From contig CBDCXM010000009.1 of the NCBI GenBank assembly GCA_965223855.1, forward strand, positions 1,536,001 to 1,600,000: a stretch of 64,000 nucleotides of DNA, in the 5' to 3' direction. The notes beneath the pieces were generated by a model. It was given only the letters and a program-made list of their open reading frames with translations, did not search any database and had not been told where the DNA came from. The translations under genes and the position numbers were made by a program. Numbering within the stretch: the stretch's first letter is position 1; each line of letters opens with the position of its first letter. The DNA is from Candidatus Multivoradales bacterium. Lineage in GTDB: Bacteria; Acidobacteriota; Thermoanaerobaculia; Multivoradales; JAHEKO01. This document shows, one piece after another, positions 8,322 to 16,774 of the stretch.

Positions 8322-9236
8322 TCACACCCCCGCCAACGTCCCCCTCGACCACATCCAGTGGAGGCTCGCCAGCGCGGCCAGGTTCCAGAAGACGAACGCC
8401 GCCTTGATGAGCCACTGCGGATAGGACCGCTCGCGGTAGACGAACATCGCATCGATCGCGAAACCGGCGGCGGCCGCGAGCAGGAAGAGCGAGATGTACG
8501 GGTCCCGGTAGACCTGCCAGACGATGCCGGCCTCCGTGAGCAGCAGGCCGCAGAGCAGCGCCTTGCTCGGCAGCACCCCGATCGCCACCGCCGTGGTGAT
8601 CCTGCCGGCCGAGCGGTCGGGCTCGACGTCCATGATCTGCCCGAAGAGGTGGGAGTGCATGGCGAAGAGCGCCGAGAAGAGGAGGGTGGCGGCGGGGAGT
8701 GACGGCGCGTCGTTGATCCACGAGCTGAAGAGGAAGACCAGCAGGTAGCCGGCCTGCATCAGCAGGTCGAATCCCGGCTTCGCCTTGAGCGCGAGGCCCG
8801 GGGCGTTGTAGAGGGCGTTGACGCCGACCGCGAGAGCGAGCCAGATCGCCATCCGCGCGCCGCCGAACCAGAACACCGGCCCGAGAGCGACGAGCTGGAT
8901 GCCGACGATCCACGCCGGTAGCGAGGCGAGCTGCGCCGGCCGGCCGCGGGCACCGAAGAGGAGACCGCCCTTGCGCGGATTGCGACGGTCGGTCTCGGCG
9001 TCCCCGAGGTCGTTCCAGGCGTAGAGCAGGTGGCCGAGCGGTAGCGTCACGTAGGCGAGCCCGACCCAGAAGCTCGGTCGCGAGAAGTAGTCCTCCCGCG
9101 CGAGCGGCAGGGCGTAGAACCAGACGTGGGTCGTCCAGAAGCCCGGACGGGAAGACAGCAGCTGGAAGTAGAGCGCTCCCGACGGGCGATCGGTGGCTGG
9201 TGGCGCCTTCTCGCGCGCGACTGTCTCCGGGGGCAT
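8322..9236 (-). CDS. UbiA prenyltransferase family membrane protein
   Basis: NDLGDAETDRRNPRK and DVEPDRSAGRITTAV Asp-rich motifs; multiple TM helices. Confidence 0.85.
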   Translation of the reverse strand: MPPETVAREKAPPATDRPSGALYFQLLSSRPGFWTTHVWFYALPLAREDYFSRPSFWVGLAYVTLPLGHLLYAWNDLGDAETDRRNPRKGGLLFGARGRPAQLASLPAWIVGIQLVALGPVFWFGGARMAIWLALAVGVNALYNAPGLALKAKPGFDLLMQAGYLLVFLFSSWINDAPSLPAATLLFSALFAMHSHLFGQIMDVEPDRSAGRITTAVAIGVLPSKALLCGLLLTEAGIVWQVYRDPYISLFLLAAAAGFAIDAMFVYRERSYPQWLIKAAFVFWNLAALASLHWMWSRGTLAGV

Positions 9237-9415
9237 GTCCCGTCACTCTAAGCGAGGGGAGCCGGCTGCCAGACCCTACGGAGGAAAGTCCTTCAGTCCT
9301 TTCGCGCAGGCCACGCAGCTTACGATCAGGAAAGTTCCCCCGCGGCCCTCTTTCTCCGCCGGTCCCGTTCTACCTGTCAGGTGGGTACTACGCGCAACGC
9401 CGAAAGGAGGCCGTC

Positions 9416-10165
9416 ATGAAGCGAACACTCGTGTGGCAGCGAAGGGCAGCAGGGATCCTCTACCGGGCAGGTCTGTGGATGGTCACCGTCGTGGGTCTAA
9501 CGGCTATGCCGGCATCGGCGTCGTGTCCGGGAGCGGGCGTCTACGAGATCTTCAGAGTCGACCGCACCCTGGAGAACACACATCTGGTTCTCGACGCGTT
9601 CGAAAGCAAGAACGGCCGGGCGGTGGTCCTGAGAAGCCGCCAGCACGACGACACTCAGCTCTGGATCCTGAAGTTTACGAACTACCTCCTATACGTGGAC
9701 GACAAGGGCGCCACGACCGGCCGTGGACCCGGGTGGGGGTGCACGCTTCGACAGAAGAGTCGAGTCGTCCACGAGAGAGAGGACGGCTACCTCGACAGCG
9801 TCCGCAGGTTCCCCCTGCCGGCCGGCTATGCGCGGACGAGGCTCGTCACCCGGCAACGCGATCGGAGATGGCCGGGTCGAGCGAATGGGTCCGGGTCCGG
9901 CGACCCCGACACGTTCGAGAAACTCTGGGTGGACTCGAGCCAGGTGTGGGACTTCACGCCGGTCATGGTCGATGGAAAGCTAGAGTTCCTCTACATCGAC
10001 GGCTGCCTCGCCGTCGTCTACACGATCCGGCAACGAAGAGACTACGGGTACCTGGATGTCGCCGGCGATGGGGACAGCCAGGAGAAGCTTCTCGAGGGGC
10101 AGGTCATCACGCGACCGTTCGACCTTGGAGGTCGATGGGCGATGAAGCGCGAGGATTGCAAGTAG
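9416..10165 (+). CDS. Hypothetical secreted protein
   Basis: AGGAGG SD before ATG 9416; signal-like segment ending PASA. Confidence 0.6.
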   Translation: MKRTLVWQRRAAGILYRAGLWMVTVVGLTAMPASASCPGAGVYEIFRVDRTLENTHLVLDAFESKNGRAVVLRSRQHDDTQLWILKFTNYLLYVDDKGATTGRGPGWGCTLRQKSRVVHEREDGYLDSVRRFPLPAGYARTRLVTRQRDRRWPGRANGSGSGDPDTFEKLWVDSSQVWDFTPVMVDGKLEFLYIDGCLAVVYTIRQRRDYGYLDVAGDGDSQEKLLEGQVITRPFDLGGRWAMKREDCK

Positions 10166-10266
10166 AGCCCCGAGGGGACTTTCGCTCACGGCTGAGCCGC
10201 CAGGGAAGCACGCCGCGGCGGCGGCGGTTGAAGAGGTCGAGACCTCGACCACCAGGGAGCCTGCCG

Positions 10267-10809
10267 ATGAGAACCGCCACCCGCCCTGCCCTCGCCCTTG
10301 CCTTCGTTGCTGTTGCGGCCCCACTGCTCCTGGGCGCGGAAAGCAGCCCCGCCATCGACTTCGACGGCTTCCTCGACGACTCGCAAGCCGCGCGCGAGCT
10401 GCGGGACCGGAGGATCGTCGATCTCGACCGCTTCAAGGCGCTCGCCGCCGAAGGAGCCGTCATCCTCGACACCAGGAGCCGTGCCGCCTTCGAGCGCCGC
10501 CACCTTTCCGGCGCCGCACACCTGAACTTCTCCGACATCACGGCCGACACCCTGCGGCGGATCATCGGATCTCGCGACCAGACCGTGCTGATCTACTGCA
10601 ACAACAACTTCGAGCTCGACGAAGAGGCGTTCCCCCGGAAGATCGAAGAGGCCGCACTCAACATTCCGACCTTCATTGCCCTCTACAGCTACGGATACCG
10701 CAACGTCTACGAGTTGGGTGGCCTGTTTCGGGTGGATGACCCGAGACTGGAGTTCGGCGGTAGTCGCGATGGAAGTTCAGAGGACCGCCCCTCGGCACCC
10801 TCTGGCTAG
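10267..10809 (+). CDS. Secreted rhodanese-like domain protein
   Basis: ILDTRS...HLSGA, VLIYCNNNF, YGYRNVYEL; signal peptide. Confidence 0.8.
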   Translation: MRTATRPALALAFVAVAAPLLLGAESSPAIDFDGFLDDSQAARELRDRRIVDLDRFKALAAEGAVILDTRSRAAFERRHLSGAAHLNFSDITADTLRRIIGSRDQTVLIYCNNNFELDEEAFPRKIEEAALNIPTFIALYSYGYRNVYELGGLFRVDDPRLEFGGSRDGSSEDRPSAPSG

Positions 10810-10877
10810 GGCCGGCTCAGGCCTTCGCGGTGTCGAGCCGGATCAGCGCTTCGGGTGCGAGATCCGGGACCCCGCGA

Positions 10878-12101
10878 TCAGCCCGGCGGCAGCAGCTCGA
10901 GCACCTCCGCCCGCAGCGCCTCGAACATGTCCTCCATCACTCCCGAGTGGTAGCGCGCCAGCGTGCCGTCGGGAGCGATGACGACGGTGCTCGGCAGGCC
11001 GGGGGAGTGCAGCGCCCGAAAGAACGAGCCGTCGACGTCGAGCGCCACTGGGATCTCGAGCTCTCGGCCGGCGAGGAACTTCGTGACCGCAGCGCTCTGC
11101 TCCTCCATGCCATCGAAGGTCTCGAGAGTGCTGACTGCGTAGACTTCGATCGGGTGGCCGCTCGTCTCGACCCAGGCAGCGAGCTGCTCGATCTCCTCGA
11201 GAGCCGACCAGCAAGGCACGCACCAGGTGGCCCAGAAGTCGAGCACCACGACCGAGCCGCGCAGGTCGGCGAGCTCGACGGCCTCACCGCCGAGGGTGGC
11301 GACTCGGGCTTCCGGGGCGCTGGTACCCAGCGGGTAGGCGCTCGCTTCGAGGGCGGCGAAGTCGGCGACCGCGGTTCGATCGCCGGGGTCGAACGACAGC
11401 CTGGCGGCCAGGTTGGCGGGATCACCTTGCTCGAACACGCCGCTGCCGCTCACCTGATGGCCTTCGGCGCCGACGGTGAGAGCGAAGGCGAGCAGTTCGT
11501 GAGTCTCGGTGTCGAAGGACACGCGAAGGCTGCCGTTGTCGGCCGTCAGCGTGACGGCTCGCGCGACGCGGCCGTCGAGGCTGTCTTCCTCGACCGCCGT
11601 CGGCTCGAGCGGTCCCAGAATGCCGAAACCGAGAGCATCGACGAACGCCTCGCGGCTGCCGGTGACCGCTGCGGCAAGGGGCGGTGCCGGCTTGAGCCCG
11701 ACCTGATCGGCGCCGATCGCCACCAACCCGCTCGCGAAGTCACCTGTCAGCGGAGCCGACACGTAGGAACGCGCCACGTTGAACTGTGTCGCGTACATGC
11801 GACCGCCGGTGGCGACGACGCGCATCAGCGCGGTGCCGGAAGCATCGACCATCGCCATGTACGCGTCGGCGCCGTCGCGACCGTACTCGATCGCCTTCTT
11901 CTCGGTCCGCCCGTCGGGCAGGGTCACCTCGAAGCGCATGGTGCCGGCGAAACGCTGCGCCGTGGAGTACGCCGCGACCGCGTCGGCGAGGACTGTTTCC
12001 GCGTCGGGCGCCCCGGCGCCGTCGGCGCGGACACTGTCGATCGTCAGGACGGCTCCCGCCAGCCCGAGCGAGAGGGCGAGCACTGCCTTCGTGCGTCTCA
12101 T
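10878..12101 (-). CDS. TlpA-family thiol-disulfide oxidoreductase with N-terminal LolA-like region
   Basis: VVLDFWATWCVPC, GLPSTVVI; signal peptide. Confidence 0.85.
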   Translation of the reverse strand: MRRTKAVLALSLGLAGAVLTIDSVRADGAGAPDAETVLADAVAAYSTAQRFAGTMRFEVTLPDGRTEKKAIEYGRDGADAYMAMVDASGTALMRVVATGGRMYATQFNVARSYVSAPLTGDFASGLVAIGADQVGLKPAPPLAAAVTGSREAFVDALGFGILGPLEPTAVEEDSLDGRVARAVTLTADNGSLRVSFDTETHELLAFALTVGAEGHQVSGSGVFEQGDPANLAARLSFDPGDRTAVADFAALEASAYPLGTSAPEARVATLGGEAVELADLRGSVVVLDFWATWCVPCWSALEEIEQLAAWVETSGHPIEVYAVSTLETFDGMEEQSAAVTKFLAGRELEIPVALDVDGSFFRALHSPGLPSTVVIAPDGTLARYHSGVMEDMFEALRAEVLELLPPG

Positions 12102-12182
12102 ACCTATCGAGACGCACCTGTGGCGAGAAGGTTCCCTGTCCGCGCTTCAGTTGGCCTGCCGGCTCTCGAGTTTCGTCGACAC

Positions 12183-14588
12183 CTAGCGTCTGCGGCTCTT
12201 GAGGGCGCTGCACGCCGGTCGGCTCCCTCCGTCGCACGCCTTGCGAAACCATCTGCGTGCCTCGGAAGGGCTCTTGCCGACGCCGCCTTCGCCCTTCTCG
12301 TACATCTTGCCGAGCCAGTAGCAGCCGTGGGGCGAGCCGCCGTTGCAGCCGCGTCGGAACAACTGCAAGGCCCTGGCGGGGTCCTTTCTCACCCCATCGC
12401 CGTTGCGGTAGGCGCCTCCCAGATTCGCGCAGCCCGTGGCGTGGCCCTTGGTGCACCCTTGCTGGAAGAGGCTCGCGGCCTGGCTTCGACTCTCGGGCAC
12501 CCCCTCTCCTTTGTGGTAGTGAATACCGAGCCAGGTGCAGCCGCGGCCGTCTCCTCCATTGCAGCCGCGACGATAGAGTTCCGCCGCTCTCTCGTAGCTC
12601 TTTCGGACGCCGGTACCGTTGCGGTACATCAGTGCCAGGTCCGTACAGCTCTCCGGGGCGCCAGCCTCGCAGCCCTGCCGGTGTCGGTCGAGGTCTCTCG
12701 AGATGCGCTCCGCGTTGGCCAGCTCTCTGCAGCCGCGAGCGTCGCCTCCGTCGCAGGCCTGCCGAAGGAAGTCCACCGACCGCTCGTGGCTCCAGGTCAC
12801 GCCATCGCCCTCGCGGTACCGGAGCCCGAGGCTCGTGCAGGCGTCGGGCTTCCCTTCCGCGCACTCCTCTCGCTGCCTCGCGGCCTCCTGCATGGCGGCC
12901 AGCTTTGCGCAGCCGTCGTCGTATCCTCCGTCGCAGACCCGCCGGTAGAGCTCTTTCGCCGCTGCCTCGCTCGGTTCTACGCCGCGGCCCTGCTCGTATC
13001 GGTTTCCGAGGTTGAGGCAGGCCAGGGGGTCTCCCCGATCGCACGCCTGGCGGAACAGATCGAGCGCCTTCGAGTCGCTCTGCGCCACGCCCTCGCCCGC
13101 CTCGTACAGGGCCGCCAGGTGGGAACAGGCCGGCGAGCTGCCTGCCTCGCAGGCCGACTGAAAGAGTTCCGCTGCCTTCACATCGTCCTCCGGCACGCCC
13201 CTGCCCTGCTCGTGCAGCATTCCCAGGTGGGTGCACCCGAGGGGGTCTCCGCCGTCGCAGCCGCGTTTCAGCATCGCCGCAGCCTTGGACAGGTTGCGGC
13301 TGTGCAGCTCGGCGAGATCGATTCCGATCCTCGAGCAACCCTCTGCGTCGCCGCCCTCGCACCCCCTCCCATAGAACTCGGTCGCCTTCGACCGATCCTG
13401 CAATACGCCCTGGCCCTCCTCGTGCAGGACACCGAGCTTCGTGCAGCCGAGGCCGCTGCCTCCGTCGCACGCTCTTCGGTAAGACTCTGCCGCTCGCGCG
13501 TAGCTCTGCGCCAGACCCACTCCCCCCTCGTAACGAAGCCCGACTTCGGAGCACGCGAGGGGGGCGCCGCCGTCGCAGGCGTCCACAAGCTGCGCGGCCT
13601 CTTCCGCTTCGCCGGCGACGTCCGCCATGCCGGGACTCGCCATGGGGAGTTCGGGAGACGTCGGCATCGCCGCCTTCGGCGAGTCGTACGCCGGTGCGAG
13701 GACCGGCACCTCCGGTTTCGGCGGGAGCCGGAAGACGAAGTCGCCTTCGTCGAGGTCCGGATCCCGGATCGTGCCTCTCTGCGGCGTTTGTCCGACCTCG
13801 TAGTCCACGACCTCGTCGTGAAGATAGGAGCCCAGCTCGGTTCCCGTGACGAAGCCGTCCTCGTTGTAGTCGGCTGCCCCCTCGAGGCCGCGGACGAAGA
13901 GCGGGGTGAAGACGCTCTTGGCCGGAACCGTCTCGTCGTCGCGGCCGGCAGTGATGAACTGCCGTACGGGTAGGAGAGTCTTGGCGGTAATGTGTCGCGG
14001 TTCCTGGTCGCCCTTGACCTTGAAGAGGGTGCCGGCGAAACAACTGTCGAAGACGAACAGCACGTGTTTCGACTCGATCTCGGCGGCGAGCTTCATGACG
14101 GATTCCATGCTGACCGCCATCCTCTTGAACTTTCTCCTCTCGACGGCCGGCAGTGGTGCGTCGGCCGGCACGATGTAGCCGCGCTTGCCGCGTCGCCCGA
14201 GGTTCTCGGAGTGACCGTGACCGGAGTAGAAGATCAGAAGCTGGTGATCGGGAGCGTCGTAGCCGTAGTCATCGACGAAGCCCTCGAGCGCGGCGCTGAG
14301 CTCCCGGCTGTCGGGATTGCGGATGCGGCGTACTTCGAAGCCCAGCTCGGTGAGAGTCGCCTCGACCTGGTCGAGCTCGCTCTGCACCGTTGAGAGCGGG
14401 TCCCAACCCGACGTGTAGTCGCCGACGCCGATGACCAGCGCATACTTCCCGGTGTAGAGCGGAGCCGGAGCCGGCACGGCCTCGACCAGCATCGAGCCCT
14501 TCTCCTGAGCGAGGGCCTGTGAGCAGACACACGCCGCCAACAGGGCGCCCGCAAGCAATGACGCGCCATTCGATCGTCGTTCGAACAT
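12183..14588 (-). CDS. Caspase-family (peptidase C14) protein with Sel1-like repeats
   Basis: YALVIG, FYSGHG, VFDSCF dyad motifs; many ACDGG...C..LG..Y..GxGV repeats; signal peptide. Confidence 0.9.
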   Translation of the reverse strand: MFERRSNGASLLAGALLAACVCSQALAQEKGSMLVEAVPAPAPLYTGKYALVIGVGDYTSGWDPLSTVQSELDQVEATLTELGFEVRRIRNPDSRELSAALEGFVDDYGYDAPDHQLLIFYSGHGHSENLGRRGKRGYIVPADAPLPAVERRKFKRMAVSMESVMKLAAEIESKHVLFVFDSCFAGTLFKVKGDQEPRHITAKTLLPVRQFITAGRDDETVPAKSVFTPLFVRGLEGAADYNEDGFVTGTELGSYLHDEVVDYEVGQTPQRGTIRDPDLDEGDFVFRLPPKPEVPVLAPAYDSPKAAMPTSPELPMASPGMADVAGEAEEAAQLVDACDGGAPLACSEVGLRYEGGVGLAQSYARAAESYRRACDGGSGLGCTKLGVLHEEGQGVLQDRSKATEFYGRGCEGGDAEGCSRIGIDLAELHSRNLSKAAAMLKRGCDGGDPLGCTHLGMLHEQGRGVPEDDVKAAELFQSACEAGSSPACSHLAALYEAGEGVAQSDSKALDLFRQACDRGDPLACLNLGNRYEQGRGVEPSEAAAKELYRRVCDGGYDDGCAKLAAMQEAARQREECAEGKPDACTSLGLRYREGDGVTWSHERSVDFLRQACDGGDARGCRELANAERISRDLDRHRQGCEAGAPESCTDLALMYRNGTGVRKSYERAAELYRRGCNGGDGRGCTWLGIHYHKGEGVPESRSQAASLFQQGCTKGHATGCANLGGAYRNGDGVRKDPARALQLFRRGCNGGSPHGCYWLGKMYEKGEGGVGKSPSEARRWFRKACDGGSRPACSALKSRRR

Positions 14589-14840
14589 CGGTGGCCTCCA
14601 GCAGACTGAACGGAAGCACGATTCGTCGCGGGCCATCACCCGCGGCGCTCTGAAGAGGGGTTGGACCGCCATTGTAAGGCGGTCCAACCCGAGCCGGCTA
14701 TGCGAGCCGGCCATGCGAGAGCCTCGAACTGCGTCGTGGAACTCTCCGACCCGGCAGTAGCCGCAGCTGAGCCGGCGGACGGGTAGAGCGGGTCGGTGAC
14801 TCCCGAAGAGGAGCGTCCGGCCGGAAGGGCTTCTCGGGAG

Positions 14841-15236
14841 TCAGCCGGTTCGGCTGTCGCCGGCGAGAACACCGGAGAACGACTTGCGGTAGACCCGCGC
14901 CAGGTAGATCCCCAGGACCAGCGACACGATCGGCAGCAGCAAGCCGTCGGGCGTCGGCGCGAGAAAGACATGGAACAGGAAGATGTTCAAGACCACGGGA
15001 GCGAGAACGACGAGCGCGAGCGGCACCCAGCGGCCGATCAGGAGGAGCACGCCGCAGACCACCTCTGTCGCCTTGATCAGCGGCAGCATGTAGCCGGTCG
15101 CGGCCAGAGCGCCCATGAAGGAACCCGCAGCCTCCGGCATCGGCGGCACCGGGATGAAATTGAAGAAGCCGTTGAGGCCGAAGACGGTGAAGATGAGGCC
15201 GAGCAGCACTCGGGCGATCAGGGGAGCCTTGTTCAC
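14841..15236 (-). CDS. DoxX family membrane protein
   Basis: ARVLLGLIFTVFGLNGF, LAPVVLNIFLFH. Confidence 0.85.
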   Translation of the reverse strand: MNKAPLIARVLLGLIFTVFGLNGFFNFIPVPPMPEAAGSFMGALAATGYMLPLIKATEVVCGVLLLIGRWVPLALVVLAPVVLNIFLFHVFLAPTPDGLLLPIVSLVLGIYLARVYRKSFSGVLAGDSRTG

Positions 15237-15271
15237 GAGGGAGTTCTCCTTCTTGTTGGCTGGTTCGACCT

Positions 15272-16600
15272 TCAGTTCGTGTCGGGCGTCCCGGCACCGA
15301 TGGCGTAGAGCGCCTCGTTCGTCCGCAGGTAGATCGTTCCGTTTGAGATCGCCGGTGACGCGGCCGTGTATTCGCCGAGGTCGTTCTGCGCGAGGATCTC
15401 GAAGTTCTCGCCCGGAGCGAGGACGGACACCCTGCCGTCGGTGCCGGTGACGTAGAGCTTGCCGTCGGCGAGAACCGGCGAGGCCCGGTGCGGCTTGCCG
15501 TGCACGCGCTCCTGGTAGAGGACCGTGCCGTCCTCGGCTCGCGCGACGGTCAGGGCGCCGCGCTCGTCGTTGAGGTAGACGATCCCCTCGTGGAGGATCG
15601 GCGACGGGACGTCGGGAGTGGCGCTGTCGAGCTTCCAGAGAACCCGCTCGGAGTCAGGCCCGATCCTTCCCTCGGCGCCCTCCGTGCGAAGCCCGAACAC
15701 CGGGCCGCGCTTCGCCGTCGTGACGATCACTAGATCGCCATCGGTCACCGGGGTCGCGACCAGGCGGAAGTAGGGGTTGTAGTTGTCGGCGGGGTTGAGG
15801 GTGCCGAAGCGCCACTGCTCGGCGCCGTCGGCGAGTGAGTGCGCGCTCACGTAGTCGGAGCCGTGGATCAGCACATGATCGCCGAACGGGACCGGGGAGG
15901 CGTACGAATGCAGGCATTCGCCCTTCGCGTCGGTCGGACGCTCGGTCTTCCAAACCTCCTCGCCGCTCCCCTTGTCGAGCGCCACGACGAGCTGCCGGTC
16001 GGCGTGAAGAAGCTGCAGGATCAGCCGGTCGCCGTGAAGAAGCGGCGACATCGAAAGGCCGAAGAAGAGACTCGGCTTGCCGTAGCGCTCTCCGAGGTCG
16101 GTCTCCCAGACCAGCTCGCCGTCGAGGTCGAAGCAGGCGAGCTTGCCGGTGCCGAACAGTACCCAGAGGTGCTCCCCGTCGGTCGCCGGCGACGGCGACG
16201 CCGCCGTCGTCTCGTGCTCGAACCCGGAGAACACCTTGACTTCACCGTGATCGACCAGCCGCTCCCAGAGGACCTCCCCCTCGCGGCTGACGGCGAGAAG
16301 AAGGAGCTCGTCGCTGCCCTCGCGCGTCGAAGTCAGGAAGATCCGATCGCCCCAGACCACGGGCGTCGAAGCCGCACGTCCGGGAAGCTCGAGCCGCCAC
16401 CGCACGCCCCGCTCACGACTCCACTGTGTCGGGAGGTTCGTCTCGAGGCTCGTCCCGTCCAGCCGGGGGCCACGCCACTGCGGCCAGTTCTCGCCGCAGG
16501 CGGCATCGACAAGAAGGAGGGGGGTGAAACAGGACAGAGCCAACGCGACCGCGCGCGTAAGAGTTCGTGATCGAGGCAAGCTCGTTCCTCCTTCGGTCAT
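15272..16600 (-). CDS. PQQ-binding-like beta-propeller protein
   Basis: NWPQWRGP, repeated G++VW, SP repeats, ASPAISNGTIYLRT. Confidence 0.88.
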   Translation of the reverse strand: MTEGGTSLPRSRTLTRAVALALSCFTPLLLVDAACGENWPQWRGPRLDGTSLETNLPTQWSRERGVRWRLELPGRAASTPVVWGDRIFLTSTREGSDELLLLAVSREGEVLWERLVDHGEVKVFSGFEHETTAASPSPATDGEHLWVLFGTGKLACFDLDGELVWETDLGERYGKPSLFFGLSMSPLLHGDRLILQLLHADRQLVVALDKGSGEEVWKTERPTDAKGECLHSYASPVPFGDHVLIHGSDYVSAHSLADGAEQWRFGTLNPADNYNPYFRLVATPVTDGDLVIVTTAKRGPVFGLRTEGAEGRIGPDSERVLWKLDSATPDVPSPILHEGIVYLNDERGALTVARAEDGTVLYQERVHGKPHRASPVLADGKLYVTGTDGRVSVLAPGENFEILAQNDLGEYTAASPAISNGTIYLRTNEALYAIGAGTPDTN

Positions 16601-16774
16601 CGGTAGGGATCGGGCGGTGGGAGCCTATCAACGCGAGCTGCGGCTCGGGCCACAGGGTCCGGGTGCTACTGTTTGCCAAACAGACAACAATCGAAACGAG
16701 CCTGGGTGGGCCGGGCGTGGAAGAGGTGCCCGGCTCGTGGTCCAGGGCTCGTGGTCCAGGACGGGGAGTCAGCC

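Noticed and set aside
9193-10809. 538-aa fused ORF
   Set aside because: The N-terminal part overlaps the better-supported 9416-10165 gene; the rhodanese gene starts at 10267 with its own signal peptide.
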